From the IMG/VR virus record IMGVR_UViG_3300010003_000012: a stretch of 64,000 bases of DNA, one strand, 5' to 3'. The position numbers and the translations under genes were made by a program. This DNA comes from an uncultured virus (IMG/VR IMGVR_UViG_3300010003_000012). Taxonomy: Duplodnaviria; Heunggongvirae; Uroviricota; Caudoviricetes. A model generated the notes under the pieces. The model had not been told where the DNA came from, made no database searches, and saw nothing but the letters and a program-made list of their open reading frames with translations. Numbering within the stretch: position 1 is the first letter of the stretch; each line of letters begins with the position of its first letter. This document shows positions 49,111 through 57,785 of this stretch, piece after piece.

Positions 49111-50124
49111 TTATCCCTTATTTATTCTCATCAAGATAGATTTCTTAATATCGATATTCTCAGAGTTCATAATAAATGCGAGAAGCTCTTCATGACTCAT
49201 TTCTAGAAGATCGCTATCATCAACTTCCTTCGACATGTTGTAGCTTAATTGATTCGTATAGCTACTGACCTCACGAAGATACATCGCTGTCGTCGAGATA
49301 TCTGAATGGGATGCGTACTGCTTGCAGAGATTAATATCCTTTGTCATCGCATATCCCAGTGTTACTCCAGTAGCTTTCATGGAGTGCATGGAAACATCCT
49401 TGTCGATTGTTTGAGAAAATCTCTTGAGCGCACGTTCGATGGTCTTGCTCGAGATGCAGAAAATCTCTTCCTGCCCCTTATCGAGTTGCTTAAGCTCCTC
49501 GTAGAAATCATCAGACACAGGCTTCTCTACCTGCTTCTTCCCCTTATCAATCGTGCTGAGAACCCAAATTAACTTGTTCGTCTCCGGATCTCGCTTCTGC
49601 TTAAAGTCATTCCACTTTAGTGCAAGAGTAGAGCTTCGTCGGTTCCCTGTAACATATAGTGTTTTCAAGAATAGATACTTTTCTAACCCAAGGTCTTTCT
49701 CAGCCATCATAAATTTGAATAGTTTCTCCAATTCATCAAACGTCAATGCTTCATGATGATTCTTTTGAATCTTCAACTTCACTGAGAAGATAGTTGGATT
49801 AACCTTTAACTCGTTTTTTAACAGCTCGTTATAGAAGCTCTTCACGCTGTAAAGCTTGGCAGAGATCGTCTTGTCTGAATTACCTCGCTCAGAAAGATGA
49901 TTCACATACATCTTGACATGACTATGCTTGATTTTGTCGATATCTTGCATCGTTACAAATTTCGTCTCCTTAGAAATTACGACACGAAAGAACTCGTCAA
50001 TTCTGTTCTGATATTCAGTTGCCGTTCGTAATGAGTTTCTCTTACTTGATTGAATGAACGACTCGAAGACCTGCTGTACATCTAAATGGTCTTCACGAAT
50101 GAACGTTACGTTTTGTGGAATCAT
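49111..50124 (-). CDS. Tyrosine recombinase-fold protein (YopP-like)
   Basis: SAM-like N-domain; TGNR, KGKK, HSMK, SHSD..TT..Y motifs. Confidence 0.85.
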   Translation of the reverse strand: MIPQNVTFIREDHLDVQQVFESFIQSSKRNSLRTATEYQNRIDEFFRVVISKETKFVTMQDIDKIKHSHVKMYVNHLSERGNSDKTISAKLYSVKSFYNELLKNELKVNPTIFSVKLKIQKNHHEALTFDELEKLFKFMMAEKDLGLEKYLFLKTLYVTGNRRSSTLALKWNDFKQKRDPETNKLIWVLSTIDKGKKQVEKPVSDDFYEELKQLDKGQEEIFCISSKTIERALKRFSQTIDKDVSMHSMKATGVTLGYAMTKDINLCKQYASHSDISTTAMYLREVSSYTNQLSYNMSKEVDDSDLLEMSHEELLAFIMNSENIDIKKSILMRINKG

Positions 50125-50204
50125 TTAAAGTCATCTCCTATCATGTTTTGATAATACTACTGTAACAGTATAACAGTAAGGTGTCAAATAAAATATTACT
50201 ACCG

Positions 50205-50453
50205 TCACCAATAGTAATATTTAGGATCGCTTACAGCGCATACGAGACCAGTCACAACCTGTCCAACTAAAGTGATTAAGACCATTCTATAGGCATTCTC
50301 AACAAATAGAATCATGAAGAGAAAGCTTAGGAAGAAGAGTCCAACAGTAAAGAAGTTGGCTAGCAACATCCATTCGTGGAAACTTGGTCTGTAGTTGATG
50401 TGCCGTCTGTAATTTGGCTTGTATCCTTTCGGCTTCATGAAGAAGAAAAGCAT
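50205..50453 (-). CDS. Small membrane protein
   Basis: Two hydrophobic helices. Confidence 0.6.
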   Translation of the reverse strand: MLFFFMKPKGYKPNYRRHINYRPSFHEWMLLANFFTVGLFFLSFLFMILFVENAYRMVLITLVGQVVTGLVCAVSDPKYYYW

Positions 50454-50477
50454 ACCCTTTCGCCACCTTATCTGTGA

Positions 50478-51263
50478 TTAGTTGATTACGTCTTCCGGAA
50501 AAACTAAAACCTCATATTCATTTCTGAAATCAAAGTAGTCAATTACATTATCGACATGAACCTTAGCTTCTTGAATAGTTCCTACCTTGTCGAATCGACT
50601 CGAGAACCATTCGGCTACCTCTCTTTTCAAAGACCATGATAGAGAGTCATCTGTGAGGTCGTTGATGCCTCTGTATATCGTTAAAAACCCTTCTTCATCT
50701 GCAATTGCTCTAAGATGACTTTTCCCTTGCAGGAAGCGATCGGTCGGCTCACCTGTTGAATAAATCTCTTTGATGATTTCAAGGTCTAGTATTTCGAAAC
50801 CAAATTCAGCTCTAACCCAAACTTCTGAGAAAACATCGATCATATCGCTCTTAGGGACATACTCATACATCATCGCAAAGTTTGCCATCGATACCTTTTT
50901 ATTCATTAGCAAGAAGACCATCGACCAGTTATCCTCGGACATATACTTCGCAAGCATCTCCTTGCCTCCGTGAATGTGTTTCTTAGTCTGAGCAAACTCC
51001 AAATACTCCATTTGAAAGTTTGAAATACCTACCCAAACTAATCCATCAAAATAGATGAATCTATCAAGGAATGCAAAGGCATTTTCGTCGTAGTATAAAT
51101 CATCAATATCAATCTCAAGATACTGTAATGCCTTTCTAAGCATCTCCTCTTCGACGAGAGGCTCATCGCCTTCGTGCCATTCTATAGCTTCAGAGAGAGA
51201 CATCATTCCTACTGGATAGGAATTAATCTGTTCGAATATATCCTGTACAAACTCTTTCTTCAT
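50478..51263 (-). CDS. Hypothetical protein with a C-terminal ADP-ribosyltransferase-like fold
   Basis: IYRG...SWS....A.WF...NEYEVLV (R-S-E pattern). Confidence 0.5.
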   Translation of the reverse strand: MKKEFVQDIFEQINSYPVGMMSLSEAIEWHEGDEPLVEEEMLRKALQYLEIDIDDLYYDENAFAFLDRFIYFDGLVWVGISNFQMEYLEFAQTKKHIHGGKEMLAKYMSEDNWSMVFLLMNKKVSMANFAMMYEYVPKSDMIDVFSEVWVRAEFGFEILDLEIIKEIYSTGEPTDRFLQGKSHLRAIADEEGFLTIYRGINDLTDDSLSWSLKREVAEWFSSRFDKVGTIQEAKVHVDNVIDYFDFRNEYEVLVFPEDVIN

Positions 51264-52201
51264 TTCGTTTTCAATTCCTTTACTAGCGTCCGGTAATGAA
51301 AACATTGAATATTCCATCCACCTGCGCCAATTGTATTTACGACTGCAGTACCCTTTTCTCCGATAACGGTGCCATCAAGATTCCCTTTTTCACTGATGTA
51401 GAGGTCTTCAGCATCTGTGATTTCACCTGTGATATGAGTAATACGGTGAACGAGATCTAAAAGTTTCGCCTTTCTCTCATTTTCCAAGAATGTTTCCAAC
51501 ATGGCAAGTCTTCTCTCCTCATCAAACCTGACACTGTACATGTCGTTGATCAGCAGTCCAAAATTAGCCTTTACCTTCTTCTCTGCCATGCGATCAAGCT
51601 CATTCTCTTCTAAATGCTCAGCAAGACCTCTTGATCTAATGTTGATGGTATCGTTCTCCCAGTAGCTTGCAATCTTTCCGTTCTCACCTAGGTAAGCTCC
51701 CATCTGTTCCGGATGCCCTTCAACATATGCAATCGTTGCTAGGTGACGTTTTTCTTTGAGTGAATCAAGAGTCTTTACCATGAAGTTGTAATTGAAGATA
51801 TACCACTCATGCGCCTTTTCCTTCCACGCTTGGACAAAGTCTTTCAAAATCTGTGGTGCATTATCATTCATGAACCGCTCTTGATTCACTTCCTTATCCA
51901 ACTTCACTTCCCAGTTACTCAACGTCTTCTCGTTCTCGATCAGTTTCTTATTCGATTCTACGATTGCTTCCAACGCACGAGAAACACCAAATGCTAACTC
52001 AAAGTTGTCATTTTCACGGGGATTAAGAGCGCTCCAAACCTCGTCCTTGTTCATTCCTTTGACATCGATTCCTGTCGCCTCAAGAACGGCTTCAATCTTC
52101 TTTGACAATGTCTTTTCATGACGAGCGATCGTGAGCTTTGACTTCTCTACACGTTCTCTTGCCTTTTCTGCCTTCTCTCTCAACTGTTCTACGTTTGCCA
52201 T
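51260..52201 (-). CDS. Coiled-coil hypothetical protein
   Basis: Long ORF; C-terminal NLDG..IG..G...V.TI.AGG.NIQC.HYR pattern seen in phage proteins. Confidence 0.7.
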   Translation of the reverse strand: MANVEQLREKAEKARERVEKSKLTIARHEKTLSKKIEAVLEATGIDVKGMNKDEVWSALNPRENDNFELAFGVSRALEAIVESNKKLIENEKTLSNWEVKLDKEVNQERFMNDNAPQILKDFVQAWKEKAHEWYIFNYNFMVKTLDSLKEKRHLATIAYVEGHPEQMGAYLGENGKIASYWENDTINIRSRGLAEHLEENELDRMAEKKVKANFGLLINDMYSVRFDEERRLAMLETFLENERKAKLLDLVHRITHITGEITDAEDLYISEKGNLDGTVIGEKGTAVVNTIGAGGWNIQCFHYRTLVKELKTK

Positions 52202-52321
52202 TTCCACTCAGCTCCAATCATCGTTTTGGTTATATGGTTTCAATCACTTAATAACTGTAACACTATTACAGTATACTCAGTTACGAGCTTGAAGTCAAGT
52301 CGACCTCAGCTCGTAATTTGA

Positions 52322-52876
52322 TTACATCCATTGCTTATACTTGTTCTTTAATCGACGTAGCTTGCGATACATTTTGATGTGGCTTGTTTCTTTCTTGCCG
52401 ATATCTTTAGAAATCGACATCAGTTGCTCATACAGGCTATTAACATTGTCCGTGACATAGTTAAGATCTCTGTACTCCTCTTTGAGAGAAATTGGCGATG
52501 GTAACAGTGCAAACAAAGGATTGGAGAATTTCTCCGTCATTCCTCTCATAGCTACTATGCTAGGGACAAGGTCTCCGCCATGCGCAGTATCGAAACCGAA
52601 GTACCAGTGTGTATTCTTGAATTCATGAGAGATGAATCCGGAACCCGAGAACGTTAGTCCGCCATGAACATTTATAAAATCTAGGTACGAATGATCGATA
52701 CCTTTTTGAAAGAGAGGATTGTCTACTCTTACTCCAACATACCCGTTGAGAGTACCGCTATGATTGCGAGAAACTACAAGGTGAAACTCACCATTATCGA
52801 TTGACAGGTGATCAGGCTCGTTGTTCCACTTTCCCTCTAAATCTCTCCAGTTTGTCTCTTCGTACAACTTACTCAC
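52322..52876 (-). CDS. Conserved phage hypothetical protein
   Basis: GYVGV...P......VHGGLTF....WYFGFDTAH.GD motif. Confidence 0.7.
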   Translation of the reverse strand: MSKLYEETNWRDLEGKWNNEPDHLSIDNGEFHLVVSRNHSGTLNGYVGVRVDNPLFQKGIDHSYLDFINVHGGLTFSGSGFISHEFKNTHWYFGFDTAHGGDLVPSIVAMRGMTEKFSNPLFALLPSPISLKEEYRDLNYVTDNVNSLYEQLMSISKDIGKKETSHIKMYRKLRRLKNKYKQWM

Positions 52877-52890
52877 GCCTTTCTAACTCC

Positions 52891-53496
52891 TTAATGAGAG
52901 CTTCTTGAGAGCTGTTCATTGATTTTGCGCAAAAGATTTTCCTTCGCTAATTCAAATGTTTCTGCTAGGTCTTGTTGATCCTTGTCGAGAGACTTATTAA
53001 TTCTCTCTTTTATGAATTCCGGCAACTCATCATATTGAGCGGTCTTTGTAAATGTTGCCGTATTCATAACGCTCTGTTCAAGTGTTTCTCTATTGTGTTC
53101 GTTTGTCATCAAACCGAATACGCTATTCATGAAATCATTTGAACCTTGATATAGCGAATAGGGAAGTTCGACTCCAATTTTCTTCGAGAATTCATACAAT
53201 TCATCTTCGTTCACTGCAAGCATCTTGAATAAATACTCTTGATGGTCAAGGAATGCTTGCACATGTTTAACCGCATCTTCTACCGAGTCAAATTCACCAA
53301 TAGTTGTCTCTAACTTTCCGTTTACATCGATCAGCTCTGCTGTATAAGTGAACTCATCTATAATTACACGCCTCGCATGAATTTCACCTATGATGATCTC
53401 GCCATCAAGCATCTCAGCCACTATTGCTTCGTCTCTCACTCTAGATAACAAATCGCTTAATTTATCATCATAATTACGAACTGATAGCTTCGTCAT
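52891..53496 (-). CDS. Hypothetical protein, member of the paralog array
   Basis: IIGEI...YTA...FDSVEDAV module plus QYDELPEFIKERI helix. Confidence 0.7.
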   Translation of the reverse strand: MTKLSVRNYDDKLSDLLSRVRDEAIVAEMLDGEIIIGEIHARRVIIDEFTYTAELIDVNGKLETTIGEFDSVEDAVKHVQAFLDHQEYLFKMLAVNEDELYEFSKKIGVELPYSLYQGSNDFMNSVFGLMTNEHNRETLEQSVMNTATFTKTAQYDELPEFIKERINKSLDKDQQDLAETFELAKENLLRKINEQLSRSSH

Positions 53497-53497
53497 C

Positions 53498-53824
53498 TTA
53501 TTTCACCTCTACGCTTTTGATGTAATCAATTACTTCTTGAAGTGTCGGAAACTCTCTGACTACCTTTGTCCCGTTATGATGCACGTTCCAATGGCTATCA
53601 CGATCTTTCACAGCATATTCTACACGATTATTCCGGAGATAACTTCGAGTGACGACATAAAAATCATCTTGAGACTTCATCTCGTACCCTACTTCTTGTT
53701 CCGGAGATTCGTCCATTTCATTCATCAATGGATTAACAGTAAGTCCGAGCTTCTCGGAGAGACTCTTGGAGAATCTCTCGAGATCGCTTTGGATGGTCTG
53801 ATAAGACAGGAATGTATAGCTCAT
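53498..53824 (-). CDS. Hypothetical protein
   Basis: Coupled ORF ending FPTLQEVIDYI. Confidence 0.65.
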   Translation of the reverse strand: MSYTFLSYQTIQSDLERFSKSLSEKLGLTVNPLMNEMDESPEQEVGYEMKSQDDFYVVTRSYLRNNRVEYAVKDRDSHWNVHHNGTKVVREFPTLQEVIDYIKSVEVK

Positions 53825-54402
53825 TGATTATTATCTCCTACGCTACTTTTAAGGTATCCCAATTGCTCATCCCGTTCCTTTTGAAGCTTAGAAATTTCAT
53901 CTTTGTAGTACGTTACTTTTTCTTCGATTACATCTTTTAGAACACTTGGAATAGAAGCATATTCTTCTGTTGATTTCGATGCTTCGATATCATTCAGTTT
54001 CCCTTGAAGGAGATCGATGTAATGTTGAACCATAAAGATGTTGTCAAGATAAGTTCGAACATTTCCGCTTTTGACGTACAACTCCTCGGACACTGGAGCG
54101 TATTTTTTCACGCTGTCAATGATCTTGCTATATTCTACTCTAAGATCCGCTTTCTCACTCTCCGACTCTTCATGTACTTCTTTGATGAGTTCAATTCCGC
54201 TCTCCACGTCATCTACAGTATGGCTTCTGCCATGCTCATCTTCGGCTGAATAATGCTTGGTTACTTCCTGATCGTGAAGAAATACAGTCCCTACATTCGA
54301 ACCGTTACCAACAACTTCTGCCATAACGCTCGTAACTACCATTGACGTCTCTTTGACAACTCGTTCCTTATCCTCAAATCGATTTACTGTGAATGAAATC
54401 AT
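53821..54402 (-). CDS. Hypothetical protein, member of the paralog array
   Basis: VGTV...YSA...VDDVESGI module plus EYASIPSVLKDVI helix. Confidence 0.7.
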   Translation of the reverse strand: MISFTVNRFEDKERVVKETSMVVTSVMAEVVGNGSNVGTVFLHDQEVTKHYSAEDEHGRSHTVDDVESGIELIKEVHEESESEKADLRVEYSKIIDSVKKYAPVSEELYVKSGNVRTYLDNIFMVQHYIDLLQGKLNDIEASKSTEEYASIPSVLKDVIEEKVTYYKDEISKLQKERDEQLGYLKSSVGDNNQ

Positions 54403-54428
54403 CTGCTATTCCTCCCGTGTCCGATTAA

Positions 54429-55010
54429 TTAACGATTCAACGCCTTGTTGATTCTCTCTTCACTTACTTTAATATCTTCTTTCAAGCGTTTAATCTCACT
54501 CTCTCGATTAGAAATCTCAACAAGCTGAACCTTTGCAATAGGATCGCTTTCATCTGTTGAGAGTAAATCGATATCTGATTTTGCGTCACTGATCAATCGA
54601 TTCAACACTTCAATTTCTTTTCGCTTGTCATCGATGACTAGAATTTCAATTCGAATTGGTGCGTTATTCATGAAGTCATTATGACTAATGCCAAACTCTT
54701 TCATGACACTTTGATAGTGGCTTGGATTCGCAGAAGCCTGACGAATGAAATCCTCTTCTTCTTGGTACCAATGCTTGATTGCATCGATCGCTTGCTCAAC
54801 TTCGTTAAATTTATCCTCAGCTTGATGAACGATTAATCCATCTCTTACTTCAGCCTTGTACATGATCAACTGTGAAATTTTCTCTTCAATTACTTCTCCT
54901 ACCACTCGCTCACCTGCAACAACACGACGAATGATGCGTGTTAAGAAGCCTTCTCCACTTACTTGAACTTCTTCTTTCCCAGTCAAATCGATTACAGTAA
55001 TTTTAGTCAT
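54429..55010 (-). CDS. Hypothetical protein, member of the paralog array
   Basis: VVGEV...YKA...FNEVEQAI module plus coiled coil. Confidence 0.7.
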   Translation of the reverse strand: MTKITVIDLTGKEEVQVSGEGFLTRIIRRVVAGERVVGEVIEEKISQLIMYKAEVRDGLIVHQAEDKFNEVEQAIDAIKHWYQEEEDFIRQASANPSHYQSVMKEFGISHNDFMNNAPIRIEILVIDDKRKEIEVLNRLISDAKSDIDLLSTDESDPIAKVQLVEISNRESEIKRLKEDIKVSEERINKALNR

Positions 55011-55231
55011 TATAGATTCCCTCCAATGTGATTGTCGTAAGCTTCGTGCAATGCTTCTACCGCTTCTTCAAAAGTATCGTAGCTACCAACGACTCCACCG
55101 TGTTTTAATGTCGCCTCATAGGTTCCAATACCTTTGTTTCCTACCATACTAACGATAAACATCCCGACCGTTCCGATCAGTGTGGTCTTACCGTCTACTT
55201 TTTTTGTGATTTCTTCAAATTGTGATGGCAT
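55010..55231 (-). CDS. Hypothetical protein, stand-alone module of the paralog array
   Basis: LIGTV...YEA...YDTFEEAV. Confidence 0.65.
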   Translation of the reverse strand: MPSQFEEITKKVDGKTTLIGTVGMFIVSMVGNKGIGTYEATLKHGGVVGSYDTFEEAVEALHEAYDNHIGGNL

Positions 55232-55251
55232 TTTAAATTAGCTCCTTTTAA

Positions 55252-55335
55252 TTACTGTGATAGTATTACACTTGATAAGTAAAATATTAGTCGATACTGT
55301 GCCGTGTGTCAAGCAAAATATCGACAAATATTTTA
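55252..55335. repeat. Hairpin-promoter element, copy A
   Basis: Shares 27-nt and 21-nt identical blocks with 57014-57097; 17-bp stem; TTGACA-17-TAATAT on the minus strand. Confidence 0.85.
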
Positions 55336-55998
55336 GTAATCAATTCCGTATAGACATTTCTCATAAATAAACGTGTCAATCTCTCCATAATCATTAGTCT
55401 CATAGAAAGCAGATAGTCGTTTATGGAACTCCGGCAATAATTCTTCCGGAACGCTGATTAATCCTTTTCCGTGTTTAATCAACATCTTATTTGCAAACAA
55501 TGTACTCGTTCGCTTATTGCCGTCCCAAAATAACTGGCTCCGCATTCCATACAGCATGTAGCGGATTGCTTTGAATGTAATCGATTCATCAGAGTTCATC
55601 AGTTCAGAGATGTATTTCTCGGTCTCTTTACGATCGGGAACTTCCGGCTTGTAATTAACTCCGCTAATCCCCACGCTACCCTTCCGGATATCTCCCCACT
55701 CAAGGCTTTCATTGTATGAGACAAAACCATTTATCTTGCATGCTAGGTCAAGAGTTTCTTCTGAGCTGATATTGTTTAAAATGTATTTCCAAGCGTTTCT
55801 GAGATTTAAGATGATTTGAAGGTCATCTAAGTCCATTCCGGAGATCGCTGTGCCATCGACGATGACTTTCGTTTCGGGGAATGTGATATTAACTCCTTCA
55901 AGTCTTGCACTGTTGTAAATACTTGCTACGAGAGTCTTCTTTGCAAGAAATACGCTTTCTCTCCTAGTCAAGTTATACTTGTCCGGAAACTTCGACAT
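55333..55998 (-). CDS. Fic/Doc-family protein with a non-canonical active site
   Basis: SARLEG, G.IR...V.ISG, QLFWDGNKRT in place of HPFxDGNGR. Confidence 0.85.
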   Translation of the reverse strand: MSKFPDKYNLTRRESVFLAKKTLVASIYNSARLEGVNITFPETKVIVDGTAISGMDLDDLQIILNLRNAWKYILNNISSEETLDLACKINGFVSYNESLEWGDIRKGSVGISGVNYKPEVPDRKETEKYISELMNSDESITFKAIRYMLYGMRSQLFWDGNKRTSTLFANKMLIKHGKGLISVPEELLPEFHKRLSAFYETNDYGEIDTFIYEKCLYGIDY

Positions 55999-56014
55999 TG
56001 CTTTCACCTCTTTA

Positions 56015-56269
56015 TTACAAATCCTTTTTCTCGATCGTCTTGATGACGTCAATAAGACCACCATAACCATCACTCTCTAATCCGTTTTTCCACATTTTCA
56101 GATTGCTGACGACATACTGAAAGTCCTTGACAATCTGATCTAACTCCTTAGCTTCATCTGCGCTAAAAGTGATTTCTCCGTTATTATCGAACGCATGCAT
56201 CATCTTCTGATTTACAAGTCTGCTCATTAATTCGATTTGTCCAAGGTTTCCTACTTTTTCTAATGCCAT
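56015..56269 (-). CDS. Hypothetical protein
   Basis: GGAGG RBS. Confidence 0.65.
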   Translation of the reverse strand: MALEKVGNLGQIELMSRLVNQKMMHAFDNNGEITFSADEAKELDQIVKDFQYVVSNLKMWKNGLESDGYGGLIDVIKTIEKKDL

Positions 56270-56307
56270 TTTAACTTCCTCCAGTGTCTAATAAAAGTCT
56301 GATTTCA

Positions 56308-56658
56308 TTAATCTTTAGAAATAGAATTATTTGCATTTCCAACTTTCTCTAATTGGCTCATTATCTCTTTTCGGATTCTTTCAAAGTTGTCGATTTCCTT
56401 TTTGAGTGCTTCAATTCTATCTATGATAGTCTCCTTCACTGCCGGAAGCATCGCCTTGAATTCAATTGAATCTCTAAACTCCATTAGCTGAGTGATCGTT
56501 GTACGATTCTTGTTTATAAAAAACTCAGTGTTACCCATGTCGACAAAGAGGTTTCTCAACTCGGCATCTTCTTCGTAGATACTCTTATCTATTCCAAGTT
56601 GATTTGCCAATTTACTATCCAACTTCCAAGAGTCTTTAACATTCAATTTAGGCATCAT
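56308..56658 (-). CDS. Hypothetical protein sharing the C-terminal helix of the paralog array
   Basis: EFKAMLPAVKETII; GGGAGG RBS. Confidence 0.65.
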   Translation of the reverse strand: MMPKLNVKDSWKLDSKLANQLGIDKSIYEEDAELRNLFVDMGNTEFFINKNRTTITQLMEFRDSIEFKAMLPAVKETIIDRIEALKKEIDNFERIRKEIMSQLEKVGNANNSISKD

Positions 56659-56673
56659 AAACCCTCCCAGTTT

Positions 56674-57000
56674 TTACTTAGTTCCTGTCTTCAAAAATTG
56701 ATCGATGAGATTAGTAACGAGATTAATCTGATCCTTGTCGAGCAATTTCAGCCTGTCGTAAACCGTTCTTGCCTCGTCCTTAAATGCTTCATCTCTCAAT
56801 TCAAGAAGGTAAACATATTCCATACCCAACAGTTCCGCCATCTTCTCTAGCGTCTCACTGGTTGGCTCACTCTCTCCACGTTCAATCCTTGCGACCGTCG
56901 CATTTGAAACGTTCAATGCGATTGCAAAGCTACGCTGACTTTCGTATCCTGATTCCACTCTCAACTGAGATACACGTCTTCCAAAATCTCTTCCTGCCAT
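56674..57000 (-). CDS. Xre-family HTH transcriptional regulator
   Basis: LR...G..SQRSFA..LNVS..TVARIERG...P....L.KMA; ATG 57000 after AAGGAGG. Confidence 0.9.
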   Translation of the reverse strand: MAGRDFGRRVSQLRVESGYESQRSFAIALNVSNATVARIERGESEPTSETLEKMAELLGMEYVYLLELRDEAFKDEARTVYDRLKLLDKDQINLVTNLIDQFLKTGTK

Positions 57001-57013
57001 TTTAGGCACCTCC

Positions 57014-57097
57014 TTACTGTGATAGTATTACACTTGATAATTAAAAGTATAGTCGCTACTGTGCCGTGTGTCAAGCACAATTGCGACTATACTTTTA
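57014..57097. repeat. Hairpin-promoter element, copy B
   Basis: Perfect 15-bp stem 57042-57056/57083-57097; TTGACA-17-TATACT on the minus strand. Confidence 0.85.
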
Positions 57098-57664
57098 CTC
57101 GAATTGCTCTAGCTTAATACTAGAACCTGTTTCTAAGTTATCTCCTGTTTCACCAAAGAACATATAATTCTCTTCTCCGCTAGAACCTAGGATTGTATTT
57201 ACTTTCAAATCTCCTTCACCCGATGTGACAATGAAGTTTGAACCTTCTCCAACGTTTGATGCACGATATCGACCTGCAGGAATATCTTTTCCGATTACAT
57301 ATTGTCCTGCTCCGAGAACGATCGGTTTGCTCTTCGTCATGATCATTTTAACTGTGAGTCTATCTAAGAGGTCTTCCTTCTCAGTGACCTTCTTCTGCAA
57401 TGCTTTATATTTAGAATCAAGCTTTTTCACATCAGCTTCGATTGAGTCACGCTTTTTAACGACGTCCAATGCTTCCTTGTTTTCTTTTGAAATACTTTGC
57501 TTCTTAGCTTCCAAAGTCTTGATCTCTTTGTTCAAGCTTTCAACACTAGCTTCCTTGCCATTAATTTCTGTTTCTGCTCCGGTACTTCCGATCGCTTGTC
57601 CTAAAAAGAGTACGGCAACCATGATCCCGACGATAATTGCATAATGTCTAAATTTCTTGTCCAT
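57095..57664 (-). CDS. Membrane-anchored or secreted coiled-coil protein
   Basis: N-terminal hydrophobic helix, coiled coil, C-terminal LGAGQY.IGKDIPAGRY beta domain. Confidence 0.75.
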   Translation of the reverse strand: MDKKFRHYAIIVGIMVAVLFLGQAIGSTGAETEINGKEASVESLNKEIKTLEAKKQSISKENKEALDVVKKRDSIEADVKKLDSKYKALQKKVTEKEDLLDRLTVKMIMTKSKPIVLGAGQYVIGKDIPAGRYRASNVGEGSNFIVTSGEGDLKVNTILGSSGEENYMFFGETGDNLETGSSIKLEQFE

Positions 57665-57785
57665 TTCCCTATTCCCCTGTCCTTTTTTATACTTAAAAAG
57701 AGAATCTGTTCGATCCTCTTCTTAAGCCTAGATGGTGTAGCAGTATTCCCTTTTACGGTCAATACTTTTGTTTTAGAAATTTTTA

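Noticed and set aside
47070..57664. Arbitrium aimR/aimP locus
   Set aside because: No TPR-type receptor or short secreted peptide gene was recognised in this window
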